Shown here: one piece after another, positions 22,814-32,777 of the stretch | How the letters are laid out: each line of letters starts with the position of its first letter | Position numbering within the stretch: the stretch's first letter is position 1 | NCBI GenBank assembly: GCA_030600655.1 | Contig: JAUVLP010000001.1 | Location: 2,022 to 66,021, forward strand | DNA length: 64,000 nt | Direction of reading: 5' to 3' | From: Candidatus Eiseniibacteriota bacterium | GTDB taxonomy: Bacteria > Joyebacterota > Joyebacteria > Joyebacterales > Joyebacteraceae | Notes under the pieces: model-generated | Told to the model about the DNA's origin: nothing | Seen by the model: only the letters and a program-made list of their open reading frames with translations | Database searches by the model: none | Position numbers and translations under genes: made by a program

Positions 22814-22895
22814 GTGGAGTGAGGACTGGTTGGGTTGAGGAACAGGCGGGTCGAGGGATAGGTGGGTCGAGGGACAGGAACGACCCGCGGAGCGC

Positions 22896-23486
22896 GTGGA
22901 GGGCGGGTTGCGAGTGATCGCCGGTGAGCTCAGAGGGCGGCGGATCGAAGTTCCCAGAAAAGGCGAAATCCGGCCGACGTACGATCGTGTCAGGGAATCC
23001 GTATTCTCGATCATTGGACCGAGGATCGAGGGCGCGCGAGTTCTTGACCTCTTCGCGGGTACAGGAAGCCTGGGCATAGAGAGTCTGTCACGCGGAGCTC
23101 GATCGGCCACGTTCGTTGAGCGGGACCGTGACATCGCAGGTGTGCTTGTGGGCAACATAGAGCGACTCGATCTCAAGTCGGAGTCCACTGTTCTCAGGTT
23201 GGTTGTGGCCAGGTTCTTGAGCCGTGGACGCGACAGGGCGGTGTTTGACATCGTGTTTGCCGATCCGCCGTATGACAGCGGACTGGCCGAGAGAACGCTT
23301 GAAAGGCTGGGCAACTGGGACGGCGTGGGTGTGGATTCGCTGGTAATCGTGGAGCACCGGGTCGGCGACGAGCTCCCGGACGCAAGTGGCCGGCTCAGGA
23401 GAACGAGAAGAGAACGCTACGGGACCATTGAGGTTGAATTCTTCGAGGCGCGAGCCGCGAGAATGACGTCGGAGGTGGACATTTGA
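22896..23486 (+). CDS. rsmD: 16S rRNA (guanine966-N2)-methyltransferase
   Basis: RVIAGELRGRRIEVPRKGEIRPTYDRVRESVFSII...VLDLFAGTGSLGIESLSRGA...DIVFADPPY gives the RsmD SAM-binding and DPPY motifs. GTG start. Confidence 0.8.
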   Translation: MEGGLRVIAGELRGRRIEVPRKGEIRPTYDRVRESVFSIIGPRIEGARVLDLFAGTGSLGIESLSRGARSATFVERDRDIAGVLVGNIERLDLKSESTVLRLVVARFLSRGRDRAVFDIVFADPPYDSGLAERTLERLGNWDGVGVDSLVIVEHRVGDELPDASGRLRRTRRERYGTIEVEFFEARAARMTSEVDI

Positions 23487-23965
23487 GAACAGCGCTCTAT
23501 GCAGGTACGTTCGACCCGGTCACGAACGGTCATCTCGACCTTCTGAGGCGAGCACTTGGCATCTTCGACCGCGTCGTAGTGGCAGTGGGCACGGGTCGGG
23601 ACAAGAATCCGATGTTCACGCCGTCCGAGAGAGTGGAGATGATCCGGGAGGCCACGAACAACCTTGACGGTATTGAGGTGACATCGCTTGGGGGGCTTCT
23701 TGTGGAGGAGGCCCGACGTCTTGGTGCGTGCGCGGTGATCCGGGGCTTGAGAGCAGTTTCTGACTTCGAGTATGAATTCCAGATGGCTCTGATGAACAGG
23801 CGTCTCGCACCCGAGATCGAGACGGTGTTCCTCACACCGAGTGAGCGCTTCACATATCTTGACTCCACAATCGTCAAAGAGGTGGCCCTTCTGGGGGGCG
23901 ACGTCTCCGGGCTTGTGCCGGACGTTGTTCTCAGAGAGCTTGTGAAGAAGCACAACGGTTCCTGA
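23483..23965 (+). CDS. coaD: Phosphopantetheine adenylyltransferase
   Basis: RTALYAGTFDPVTNGHLDLLRRA...VVAVG has the HxGH nucleotidyltransferase motif in a 160-aa protein. It overlaps the rsmD stop. Confidence 0.9.
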   Translation: MRTALYAGTFDPVTNGHLDLLRRALGIFDRVVVAVGTGRDKNPMFTPSERVEMIREATNNLDGIEVTSLGGLLVEEARRLGACAVIRGLRAVSDFEYEFQMALMNRRLAPEIETVFLTPSERFTYLDSTIVKEVALLGGDVSGLVPDVVLRELVKKHNGS

Positions 23966-23986
23966 AAAGCATGATCACAGGAGAGA

Positions 23987-24991
23987 ATGAAGACGATGGG
24001 AATACTGGAGTCAATCAAGGAACGGGCGGCAGAGCGCGATGCGAGGATAGTCCTGCCCGAAGGGAACGATGATCGCATAGTCAAGGCTGCTGCTCAGATC
24101 AAGCGCGAGGGTTTTGCAACGCCTGTCATTCTTGGCAACCTGGAGAGCCTGGAGGCGGCTGCGCGCGCGCACGGCGATGACATCTCCGGAATCGAGACCA
24201 TTTCGCCTGAGCGTTCGGACAAGCTGGGTGACTTCGCGCGGCAGTACCACAAGCTCAGGGCTCACAAGGGGATTACGGAGGATGAGGCGTGGGAGACCGT
24301 CAGAGACCCTATCGTTTTCTCCACACTCATGGTGAGGAACGGCCATGTTGATGGGTGTGTTGCAGGCGCTGCCACGGCGACGGCGGACGTGTTGAGAGCG
24401 TCGTTTCACTGCATCGGTCTGACCGGTGGCGCATCGATCGTCTCGAGTACGTTCCTGATGATCATCCCGGACGAAGTGCCGGTTCCTGAGCACATCCTCT
24501 TTTTCTCCGACTGCGCGGTGATCGCTCAGCCAACGCCTGAGCAGCTGGCCGACATCGCGATTGCGACGGCGGCAACAAGGCGGGCGCTCGTTGGTGACGA
24601 GCCTGTCGTGGCGATGCTGTCGTTTTCGACGAAGGGGAGTGCCAACCACCGTGATGTGAACAAGATCATAGATGCGACACGACTCGTTCGCGAGCGAGCC
24701 CCAGATCTTATGATCGACGGGGAGCTTCAGGCTGATGCGGCGCTTCTGCCCGCGATCGCGATGAAGAAGGCGCCGGGAAGCGAAGTCGCCGGGCGGGCGA
24801 ACGTGCTCATATTCCCCGATCTCGACGCTGCCAATATCAGTTACAAGCTGGTGCAACGGCTCGCCGGTGCCGTGGCCGTGGGGCCGATACTGCAGGGATT
24901 GGCCAGACCCGTGAATGACCTCTCGCGCGGCGCCAGCGTGCAGGATATCGTTGACTTGGCTGCTATCACAGCCGCACTGAGCGTCGCCTGA
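23987..24991 (+). CDS. pta: Phosphate acetyltransferase (or closely related phosphate acyltransferase)
   Basis: 334 aa. [46 protein letters not shown] and the downstream [18 protein letters not shown] region are typical of Pta/Ptb. No adjacent kinase gene. Confidence 0.8.
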   Translation: MKTMGILESIKERAAERDARIVLPEGNDDRIVKAAAQIKREGFATPVILGNLESLEAAARAHGDDISGIETISPERSDKLGDFARQYHKLRAHKGITEDEAWETVRDPIVFSTLMVRNGHVDGCVAGAATATADVLRASFHCIGLTGGASIVSSTFLMIIPDEVPVPEHILFFSDCAVIAQPTPEQLADIAIATAATRRALVGDEPVVAMLSFSTKGSANHRDVNKIIDATRLVRERAPDLMIDGELQADAALLPAIAMKKAPGSEVAGRANVLIFPDLDAANISYKLVQRLAGAVAVGPILQGLARPVNDLSRGASVQDIVDLAAITAALSVA

Positions 24992-25017
24992 GTCCGCTTC
25001 CGGCGGAACCTATCCTG

Positions 25018-26472
25018 TTGAGGCTATGGGCTATGGAAGGCAGTCGCCTGACTGAAGCTGTTAAGAGGGACATCGGGGCTGCGGTTGGAGGATCCTGCTC
25101 GACGGCGCTCGAGGACAGAATCTGTTACTCCTTTGACGCAACCGACATTCGTGGGCTTCCCGACATCGTTGTGTGGGCCGAATCGCGAGATCAGGTCGTC
25201 GCTGTGATGAAGATAGCGTCTCAAGCGCGTCTTCCAGTTGTCCCAAGAGGGGCGGGCACGGGGTACACGGGAGGCAGCATTCCAATCTGTGGAGGGATCG
25301 CGCTTTCGTTCGAGAAGATGACCTGTATCGTCGATGTGAACGTCGAGGCGCGCGTGGCAGTGGTCGAGCCAGGCGTGGTCAATGATGATTTGCGCAGCAC
25401 TGTGGAACGCTTGGGACTGATGTACCCTCCCGATCCTGCGAGTCTCAAAGTGTCCACGATAGGTGGAAACGTTGCGGAGGGTGCGGCGGGACCACGGACG
25501 GTGCTCTACGGAACGACGAGAGACTACGTCGTCGGCCTCGAACTGGTCATGATGGACGGTAGTATCGTTCGCACGGGCTACCTCGCGGGTGATTCCGATG
25601 TCGCGTGGGATCCGGGCCCGCTCATAGTGGGTTCGGAGGGGACGCTGTCGGTGGTGACCAGCGTGGCGCTGAGATTGACCGATGCTCCCGAGGTCACGCG
25701 AACGTACTGGGCCGAGTTCGGCTCGCTCGATGGTGCGGCTGCGGCCGTGGCAATGATAACGGCAGACGGAATGCCTGTAAGCGTTCTTGAGATCATGGAT
25801 GGAGACACGCTGGCCTGTGCCACCGAATACGTGCGTGGCCGGGCGCCGGACACCAGATCGGAGGGAGCGCTTCTCATAGAAGTGGAGGGTGCCGCCGATG
25901 ACATCGCCGGAATGTGGGGGAGACTCCAGCCCCTCCTGGAGAAGTGCGGGGCAACGGGGTGTAGAGCCGCGTCCGATGAGAACGAACGGGATGAGATCTG
26001 GGAGATCAGACGTTCCATCTCGGCATCTCTTGCCAGACTCGGCACCGGCAAGATCAATGAGGACATAGCTGTTCCGAGAAGCCGGATTCCAGTGTTCATC
26101 GCGGAGATGCGCCGCATTTCCGCGGAGGTCGATCTGCCGATCCTGGCATTCGGTCACGCTGGAGACGGCAACCTGCATGTGAACATAATGCTCGATCGCG
26201 CCAACCAACTACATATGGTCCGCGCGCGACAGGCGGTATCTGCGCTGTTCAGTGCCGCACTTGAGCTGGGTGGGACCTTGAGCGGCGAACACGGTATCGG
26301 GATAACCAAGGCGGAGCACTTGGCGGAGGAGTTGGACGAAGCGGCTCTGGGCGTCACCGCAGCAGTCAAGCGCGCGCTTGATCCCTCGGCCCTCCTGAAT
26401 CCGGACAAGATACTGTCCAGCAGACCGAACCCGTGGTGGGACGGTCTCAAAGCACCATCCGTTGGGGCATAG
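25018..26472 (+). CDS. FAD-linked oxidase (GlcD / D-lactate dehydrogenase family)
   Basis: FAD-binding PCMH-type domain ([42 protein letters not shown]) and a C-terminal FAD-oxidase domain ([17 protein letters not shown]). Confidence 0.75.
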   Translation: MRLWAMEGSRLTEAVKRDIGAAVGGSCSTALEDRICYSFDATDIRGLPDIVVWAESRDQVVAVMKIASQARLPVVPRGAGTGYTGGSIPICGGIALSFEKMTCIVDVNVEARVAVVEPGVVNDDLRSTVERLGLMYPPDPASLKVSTIGGNVAEGAAGPRTVLYGTTRDYVVGLELVMMDGSIVRTGYLAGDSDVAWDPGPLIVGSEGTLSVVTSVALRLTDAPEVTRTYWAEFGSLDGAAAAVAMITADGMPVSVLEIMDGDTLACATEYVRGRAPDTRSEGALLIEVEGAADDIAGMWGRLQPLLEKCGATGCRAASDENERDEIWEIRRSISASLARLGTGKINEDIAVPRSRIPVFIAEMRRISAEVDLPILAFGHAGDGNLHVNIMLDRANQLHMVRARQAVSALFSAALELGGTLSGEHGIGITKAEHLAEELDEAALGVTAAVKRALDPSALLNPDKILSSRPNPWWDGLKAPSVGA

Positions 26473-26482
26473 GAGTACCTGG

Positions 26483-27472
26483 ATGCTGATCGACACAGCC
26501 AAGATACGCGTGAAAGCAGGAGACGGAGGGAACGGCTGCAGGAGTTTCCGGCGGGAGAAGTTCGTGCCCTTTGGTGGCCCTAACGGTGGAGATGGGGGCA
26601 AGGGGGGCAGCGTGAACATCGAGGCGTCCAGCGGCCACTCGACGCTTCTTGACTTCAGATACAGAAGAGAGGTCAAAGCTGAGCGAGGACATCACGGTCT
26701 CGGGTCGCGCAAGACGGGCAGGAGAGGAGAGAGCGTTCTTCTCAAGGTCCCGGTCGGAACTATTATCAAGGATCTGGACACCGGCGACATCCTGGCCGAC
26801 TTGGATGAGGTGGGGAAGAACTTCGTTGTTGCTGCCGGAGGTCGCGGCGGCAGAGGAAACGCCAGATTTGCTACATCCACCAATCGGGCTCCGACAAGAT
26901 GTGAGGAAGGACGTCCTGGTGAGGAACGGCTGATAGAGCTGGAACTCAAGCTCGTTGCGGACGTCGGGTTGGTTGGGCTTCCGAACGCGGGCAAGTCGAC
27001 TCTTCTCTCCACGATCTCGGCCGCTCGACCAAAGATAGGGAGTTTCCCGTTCACGACCTTGAGCCCCGTTCTTGGACTTGTGCCGTTCGATATCGATCGA
27101 AGCTTCGTCGTGGCCGATCTTCCCGGTCTCATCGAAGGCGCTCATCAGGGAAAGGGGCTCGGCTACAGGTTCCTGCGCCACATCGAACGTACGCGAGTCC
27201 TGGTTGTGCTTGTGGACTCCAGTGATCCTGATCCCGAGGTTTCCTATCGTACCTTGCTCCATGAGCTTGAGAGCTACGGTTTCGGCGTCTCCGAGAAGCC
27301 TCGCATTGTGGCTCTGACGAAGATGGACCTCGGATCAGGGGTGAAATCTGGAGATGTAACGTTCGGGGGCGAGAAGATCGTCGAGATCTCATCCGCAACG
27401 AATGTGGGGTTAAAAAAGCTCAAGGGTATGATGCGTGCCCTTCTTGATGAAGCCGACAGGTCGGCGGAGTAG
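26483..27472 (+). CDS. obg: GTPase Obg/CgtA
   Basis: [44 protein letters not shown] is the Obg fold with glycine-rich loops. G-domain motifs GLPNAGKST and DLPGLIEGA follow. Confidence 0.9.
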   Translation: MLIDTAKIRVKAGDGGNGCRSFRREKFVPFGGPNGGDGGKGGSVNIEASSGHSTLLDFRYRREVKAERGHHGLGSRKTGRRGESVLLKVPVGTIIKDLDTGDILADLDEVGKNFVVAAGGRGGRGNARFATSTNRAPTRCEEGRPGEERLIELELKLVADVGLVGLPNAGKSTLLSTISAARPKIGSFPFTTLSPVLGLVPFDIDRSFVVADLPGLIEGAHQGKGLGYRFLRHIERTRVLVVLVDSSDPDPEVSYRTLLHELESYGFGVSEKPRIVALTKMDLGSGVKSGDVTFGGEKIVEISSATNVGLKKLKGMMRALLDEADRSAE

Positions 27473-27504
27473 GTTCCTCCTGCTGGAGGAACACGTTCAC
27501 TGGG

Positions 27505-28671
27505 ATGGGGGGTGGTCGGGTGGATGAGCGGGAAGCTGCTATGGCAGTTCTTCTGGCGGACGGAGTGGGGCCTGTGACGGCGGCGCAGCTCAGGACGCGT
27601 TTCGGTTCTTTCACATCAATAGTTGCAGCAGCGGTGCGATGTCCCGACGGGGCCTTGCGCGCGATAGGAGACAGCGCTGGCCGGCGGGAACATCGAGCAC
27701 AGCTCGACAGGACAGACGCTCGCGGAGCGCGGTTCGCAGTGGCCGGAACTCGCGACTATCCAGAGCTCCTTGCTGGAATTCATGCGCCTCCCGTCGGTCT
27801 CTTCGTGCGCGGGCTTGAGCTTGAATCCGCAATGCCGGCTGTTGCGATAGTAGGAACAAGGCGAGCCACGCCCCGGGGCCTGATCCATGCGGGACGGCTG
27901 GCTCGAGAACTGGTTTCGCACGGAATCAGCGTAGTCAGTGGCCTCGCGCGAGGGATAGACACTGCGGCGCACGAAGGTGCGCTCAATGCAGGTGGCACGA
28001 CAATCGCCGTTCTCGGTTCGGGGTTGGATCGCATCTATCCACCCGAGAACGCTGGACTCTGCGAGGAGATCGCAAGGCGGGGAATCGTGGCCTCCGAATT
28101 CCCATACGGACAGGATCCGAGGCCGGGGTCCTTTCCTCAGCGCAACCGCATCATCGCGGGACTCTCGATGGGCATCATAGTCGTTGAAGCCGGTGAGCGA
28201 AGTGGCGCTCTCATAACGGCTGCGCGCGCTCTAGAGCAGGGCCGCGAGGTGTTCGCGGTGCCTGGCCCGGTTGAAGAGATAACAACGCGCGGTCCCCATT
28301 CACTCATAAAGGCAGGGGCCAAGCTCGTTGAATCGATAGATGACGTTCTTGTTGAACTGGAGAGTTCGTGGGGGAAGTTCCCCATCAAGAAGACTGTGTT
28401 TGCGCGTCGTGGATGCTCTGCTGCCGGGACGGCGCGTGCCGGCGCCGGCGGTGCGGCTCCTGCGGATGGGATCCAGCCGGCCTTGGTGGAGAGTGGTGAA
28501 ACCTGCATTAGTGGACTAGTAGGGTTGTTATCGCTCACTCCCGTGCAGCCGGAAGTTCTGGCGGGGAAGTTGGGCGCGCCGCTTGAGGAGGTGCTGGCAG
28601 CATTGATGGAACTCGAACTGAGGGGCCTCGCAAAGACGTGGCCCGGAGGCCTCTACACGAGAACAGGATAG
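27505..28671 (+). CDS. dprA: DNA processing protein DprA (Smf)
   Basis: Rossmann-like core VAIVGTRRATPRGLIHAGRLARELVSHGISVVSGLARGIDTAAHEGAL...GGTTIAVLGSGLDRIYP..., typical of DprA. Confidence 0.85.
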   Translation: MGGGRVDEREAAMAVLLADGVGPVTAAQLRTRFGSFTSIVAAAVRCPDGALRAIGDSAGRREHRAQLDRTDARGARFAVAGTRDYPELLAGIHAPPVGLFVRGLELESAMPAVAIVGTRRATPRGLIHAGRLARELVSHGISVVSGLARGIDTAAHEGALNAGGTTIAVLGSGLDRIYPPENAGLCEEIARRGIVASEFPYGQDPRPGSFPQRNRIIAGLSMGIIVVEAGERSGALITAARALEQGREVFAVPGPVEEITTRGPHSLIKAGAKLVESIDDVLVELESSWGKFPIKKTVFARRGCSAAGTARAGAGGAAPADGIQPALVESGETCISGLVGLLSLTPVQPEVLAGKLGAPLEEVLAALMELELRGLAKTWPGGLYTRTG

Positions 28672-28742
28672 CGGCAGTGAGAAGGCCGTCGCACACGGGC
28701 GAGATACCGGTGGTGTGAAAGCCGCCACCCGGTGACGAGGAG

Positions 28743-29894
28743 ATGGTGGTGGTGAACGCGAACGGCAGGGCAACGGTGGCGATCGCACGATGCGAGAGTT
28801 ACGATCTCGATGAGGTGCGAGCAGCTGTGAGGCAGGTCGTAGACCTGCTCGGGGGGATGTCGGCGTTTGTGACGAGGGGACAGACGCTCCTTCTCAAACC
28901 CAACATGCTCTCGGCGAAGGAGCCGGAGAGAGCTATCACGACACATCCGACCGTCATCCAGGCACTCACTGAACTCGTGCGTGAGGCCGGTGTCGAGCCG
29001 CGCATAGGGGATAGTCCCGGCGGAGCCGTAAGGGGTGTAGAGCGTGTGTGGAGGAACACGGGGCTGCTCGAGCTCTCTCTGAGCATGGGAGTGGAGCTCG
29101 TGAACTTCGAGAAGGCGGGCGCGGAGTCGGTCAAAGGCGAACTGAGATCGTACATGATAGCGCGTCCCGTTCTGGAAGCGGATGTGGTCATAAATGTTCC
29201 TAAGATGAAGACGCACGTCTTGACGCTGTTCACCGGTTGCATAAAGAATATGTTCGGTTCGATCCCCGGATTTGCGAAGGGGCGCATGCACAACCTTGCA
29301 CCAAGACCGAAACCCTTCAGTCATCATCTCGTCGACGTATTCTCCCTTGTCACACCGGCGCTCAATGTGGTCGATGCCGTGGTTGCTATGGAGGGCGATG
29401 GGCCGTCAGGTGGAAAGCCGCGCGCTGTAGGAGCCATCATTGCAGGGACCGATGCTGTTGCCATCGACACGATTCTGGCCGGCATGATGGGGATCAAGGA
29501 CGGTCAAGTCCACATGATCAGACGAGGGGGCGAGAAGGGGTTGGGCATTGCCGACAGGCGCAGGATAGACATCCTTGGAGATCCACCCGAGTCGTTCGAT
29601 ACTGAGGGATTCGTTTTGCCGTCAGCCGGAGTACTGAACTACATCCCGGGTTTTCTGATACGGGCGCTTAAGCCGTGGATCTGGATATATCCGGAGATGT
29701 CGACAGAGTGGGGTTGCAGGGCCGAAGCGTGCGCTCTCTGTGTGCGCAGCTGTCCAGTTGATGCGATACTGATGACGGAGACCGGCCCCGTGGTCGATCG
29801 GAAGAAGTGCGTGGAGTGCCTCTGCTGCCACGAGGTCTGCCCGCACGAGGCAGTTCGTGTGAAGCTATCATGGCTGGCGCGCAAATTCGCTTGA
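28743..29894 (+). CDS. DUF362-domain protein with C-terminal 2x[4Fe-4S] ferredoxin domain
   Basis: N-terminal DUF362-like region (VAIARCESYDLDEVRAAVRQVVDLLGG...LLLKPNML). The C-terminus CALCVRSCPVDAI...CVECLCCHEVCPHEAV gives two CxxCxxCxxxCP motifs. Confidence 0.7.
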   Translation: MVVVNANGRATVAIARCESYDLDEVRAAVRQVVDLLGGMSAFVTRGQTLLLKPNMLSAKEPERAITTHPTVIQALTELVREAGVEPRIGDSPGGAVRGVERVWRNTGLLELSLSMGVELVNFEKAGAESVKGELRSYMIARPVLEADVVINVPKMKTHVLTLFTGCIKNMFGSIPGFAKGRMHNLAPRPKPFSHHLVDVFSLVTPALNVVDAVVAMEGDGPSGGKPRAVGAIIAGTDAVAIDTILAGMMGIKDGQVHMIRRGGEKGLGIADRRRIDILGDPPESFDTEGFVLPSAGVLNYIPGFLIRALKPWIWIYPEMSTEWGCRAEACALCVRSCPVDAILMTETGPVVDRKKCVECLCCHEVCPHEAVRVKLSWLARKFA

Positions 29895-29985
29895 GCGGGG
29901 CATTCATCCGAGATGGCAGCGAGCATGATTCGAGCGGGTGCCGTTTCTGACAACGGGTGCGTCGCTCATGTGAGGAGGGATCTCA

Positions 29986-30894
29986 GTGGCCCGAAGAAGG
30001 AAGACCACCCTCAGTCATCGGATGGAGTACTGCGCTGCGCGGGTGTTTCAGGCGCTCATATGCGCGAGCCCCGCCGCCTTCTCTCGCGAGACAGGGGCGT
30101 TTCTTGGTGGTTTCGCCTTTTCCCCGCTGCATATCAGGCGTGATGTTACGATGGACCATCTCAGGGGGGCGCTGGGGGAGGAACTGAACGAGGAAGAGTT
30201 GGTCCGGATAGCCAGGGAGTCGTATAGGAACTTCGGGAGAATGACATTCGAGTTCGCGCGCTTTCCGCGTCTGACTCCCCGGCGGGTCAAAGAGATGGTG
30301 TCGCTCACAGGCGCCGAGCATCTTGATCGTGCGCTGGGGAAGGGAAAGGGAGCGATTCTCGTAGCCGGTCACCTGGGCAATTGGGAGTACATGGCAACGC
30401 TGCCGATGATGGGCTATCCGATGACATTCCTTGTTGGTGAGCAGCACAACATACTCGTTGATGGCCTCATGAATATGATGAGGGCGAGGTTTGGTGGGGA
30501 GATCGTGCCTGTGACCGGGAGCCTCAGAGGTATCTTTCGGGCGGTTCGCGACAACAGGGTTGTTATGATGCTGTCGGATCAGGATGCTGGCAGGCGCGGC
30601 ACTTTCGTCGAGTTTTTCGGGCGGCAGGCGTCTACGCCCTACGGTTCCGGCCGGCTCGCTGCAGCGACAGGAGCAGCCCTTCTGCCAGGCACGGTTGTCG
30701 GACGCGGAGGCGGCCACCACGAAATCGTCATCAGTCCGGCCGTCGAGCCGCCTCTGGACGGAAACGATTCAGATGAAGCCGCGCGGTATTACACTCAGGC
30801 CTACACACGCGAGTTCGAGGCGTTCATACGGAGCGATCCGGATCAGTATTTCTGGATGCACAGGCGGTGGAAGACGCGACCGCCCGGTGAGTAG
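29986..30894 (+). CDS. Lipid A biosynthesis (Kdo2-lipid IVA) lauroyl/myristoyl acyltransferase, LpxL/HtrB family
   Basis: GKGAILVAGHLGNWEYMA carries the H(X)4D/E-type acyltransferase motif context. About 300 aa, typical of LpxL/LpxM. Confidence 0.75.
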   Translation: MARRRKTTLSHRMEYCAARVFQALICASPAAFSRETGAFLGGFAFSPLHIRRDVTMDHLRGALGEELNEEELVRIARESYRNFGRMTFEFARFPRLTPRRVKEMVSLTGAEHLDRALGKGKGAILVAGHLGNWEYMATLPMMGYPMTFLVGEQHNILVDGLMNMMRARFGGEIVPVTGSLRGIFRAVRDNRVVMMLSDQDAGRRGTFVEFFGRQASTPYGSGRLAAATGAALLPGTVVGRGGGHHEIVISPAVEPPLDGNDSDEAARYYTQAYTREFEAFIRSDPDQYFWMHRRWKTRPPGE

Positions 30895-30942
30895 GTGGGG
30901 CTCTGTGCGTGCAGGCCATACCGGCTCTGAGGGACAACAAAA

Positions 30943-30978
30943 GGAAAACGGGGGGGCCCAAGTTGGCCCCCCCGTTTC
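30943..30978. terminator. Bidirectional rho-independent terminator between convergent genes
   Basis: AAAACGGGGGGGCCCAAGTTGGCCCCCCCGTTTCAG is a perfect GC-rich stem (CGGGGGGGCC/GGCCCCCCCG) flanked by A-run and T-run. It sits between the + strand lpxL-like stop (30894) and the - strand gene stop (31007). Confidence 0.55.
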
Positions 30979-31006
30979 AGCTATCTGGAATTCCGCAAGT
31001 GGACTG

Positions 31007-31867
31007 CTACTCAGTGCCCCAAGCGCAACAGAGACCCGCGCCCCACTTCGCAGCTTCGTTGGCGCCCATGAGGACGTAGAAAACGTCGAAGCCAACGTCG
31101 ATGCCGTTGTCCATCCCATAGACGATGCCGGGGTTGATCTCGACAAGGTTGCTGGCTGAGTCGTCAATGCTGTCACCCTCGAACGTGGCGTCGCTACCGA
31201 AGTAGCCATCGGCCGCGATCTTGAGATCCATGACGTCGCTGAGCGGATAGAGGTAGTCGACAAGGAACAGGATCTTCCCGCCGGGCGCCCAACCACTCTC
31301 ATGCTCCATGCCCATACGGTAGCCGAGCTGGCCACCGAGCTGTCCCGGGCCGGCAGGCATGCCGAAGAGAACGGCAGCGTCGATGTCCATCTGACCTGTA
31401 CCGGTCGGACCGTTGTCCTCGTCACCCTCATCGTCGCCTGTCGCGAGCTTGAGACCAACGCGGGCTGTGACCATCGGGTCCATCATGATCATGTACTTGG
31501 CGTCGATCCACGTGTCCGTGATGCCGCTCGCGTCGAATTCGTCGCCGGTGAAGCTCGTCGCGCTGTTCATCTGGAACCCGGGCTTGATGCCGAGCTCGAG
31601 CTGGTCCATGACGCTGTAGTAGATGTCGATCGGGACATACATCTCGGTCACGGCTGTGTCACCCTCGAAATCAAATTTTTCGCCGTCGACGTCATATACG
31701 CCGGTATGCGAGAAGTAGACAACGCCGGCGCCGATGCCGAACGAGCCGACATCATGCGTCATCGGGGAGTCGTTGAAGTACAGGACATCGTACGCGCCGG
31801 CCGTGGCAGCCAGCCCCACGACGAACACGATCATTGCTACTGAAAGAATACTGCGTCTCATAGCCAA
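31007..31867 (-). CDS. Secreted β-rich protein, probable outer-membrane β-barrel (porin/OmpA-like) of unknown function
   Basis: Signal peptide MRRSILSVAMIVFVVGLAATAGA. The mature part is Gly/Asp/Tyr/Phe-rich with alternating hydrophobic residues. It is convergent with lpxL and shares the terminator above. Confidence 0.55.
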   Translation of the reverse strand: MAMRRSILSVAMIVFVVGLAATAGAYDVLYFNDSPMTHDVGSFGIGAGVVYFSHTGVYDVDGEKFDFEGDTAVTEMYVPIDIYYSVMDQLELGIKPGFQMNSATSFTGDEFDASGITDTWIDAKYMIMMDPMVTARVGLKLATGDDEGDEDNGPTGTGQMDIDAAVLFGMPAGPGQLGGQLGYRMGMEHESGWAPGGKILFLVDYLYPLSDVMDLKIAADGYFGSDATFEGDSIDDSASNLVEINPGIVYGMDNGIDVGFDVFYVLMGANEAAKWGAGLCCAWGTE

Positions 31868-31905
31868 ACCCCCTGGAACTTGAAGAAATTGATTACCTCT
31901 CCATG

Positions 31906-31921
31906 GAGAGGAACTTCATCA
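31906..31921. promoter_or_regulatory. Perfect 16-bp palindrome CCTCTCCATGGAGAGG upstream of the - strand secreted-protein gene (candidate operator)
   Basis: The sequence is self-complementary and lies about 40 nt upstream of the ATG at 31867. Two GGTCTGAC direct repeats occur 10-35 nt further upstream (plus coordinates about 31930-31955). Confidence 0.3.
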
Positions 31922-32122
31922 GTCAGACCGCATTCATGGGTCAGACCAGCTTGGTTCTCTCCCTATTTGCACCTCCCTCCGGATTCGCGGGGACCTGAAA
32001 CCGTCCCCAGTGCACCGTAGAAAGACCCATTTCCAGCAATCCGCAACCGGTTCCCTGGACCGGCGTGGAGCACCACAAGTACCTCCTTATGAACCTCCTT
32101 CGTATCGTTCTTGTCCGGAATC

Positions 32123-32413
32123 CTACTGGAACCCTATCTGCTTGTCCTGTTGTTCATTAGATACAGACTTGATCTCTCCGTGCTTCTCTTCATACTTGCT
32201 GATATTGCCGGCGAGGGCGTGAGCGAATGCCTTAATATTCTGAGGCGCCATCACGACTCGCGCGTGCACTCTACTCTTCTTTGTGCCGGGAAGAACTCTG
32301 ATGAAGTCGACGACAAACTCCGCAGGGGAGTGAGTGATCACTGCGAAGTTCGCATAGACGCCTTCAGCCTCCTCATCTCTCAGCTCGATGTTGATCTTCT
32401 TCTGCTCCGCCAA
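32123..32413 (-). CDS. DUF3467-family small conserved protein
   Basis: 96 aa. AEQKKINIELRDEEAEGVYANFAVITHSPAEFVVDFIRVLPG matches my memory of the DUF3467 signature (ki.ie..ee.aeGvYaN...i.hs..EFv.DF). Apparent TTG start with a GGAGAGG Shine-Dalgarno 8 nt upstream. It lies in a locally lower-GC stretch. Confidence 0.65.
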   Translation of the reverse strand: MAEQKKINIELRDEEAEGVYANFAVITHSPAEFVVDFIRVLPGTKKSRVHARVVMAPQNIKAFAHALAGNISKYEEKHGEIKSVSNEQQDKQIGFQ

Positions 32414-32640
32414 TGGCTAAGCCTCTCCGCATGCCGTGCAACTCCACAGCGGTCAATCCGGATTTTCGGTCAAGATAGGGGCGAACTGACGATATGTCAA
32501 GCGCTTTTTGGACCGGGCTTCAGCAATCACTGTGCCACATTGGTCGGTTGGTCCGCTCGAGTCTGTGGCGGAGGATGGGTGGCTTGGCGCTCCGGTCGAA
32601 GGGGAAACCGTGTCGGAGTAAGCTTTGGCGAATAATCCTC

Positions 32641-32669
32641 TTGACAGGTTTTGAGTGAGGTGATATTGT
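32641..32669 (+). promoter_or_regulatory. Near-consensus sigma-70 promoter (TTGACA-17-TATTGT) driving the repeat-protein gene
   Basis: TTGACA at 32641-32646, a 17-nt spacer, then TATTGT at 32664-32669, about 110 nt upstream of the ATG at 32778. A second TTGACA sits at about 32741. GGAGG lies 6 nt before the ATG. Confidence 0.45.
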
Positions 32670-32777
32670 GGGCATGTATAAATGACACGTGGTGAGATTT
32701 GTGTTGGTGGGCAACGAGCATCCAGCGATCTTATTCGACAGCTTTGACAGTTGTCCGAACTGTAGAGTGGAGGAGCT

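Noticed and set aside
24011-26208. Two long - strand ORFs (281 and 394 aa) opposite pta and the GlcD-like oxidase
   Set aside because: The + strand frames show strong, specific homology (Pta, FAD oxidase). The - frames are Arg/His-rich shadows.
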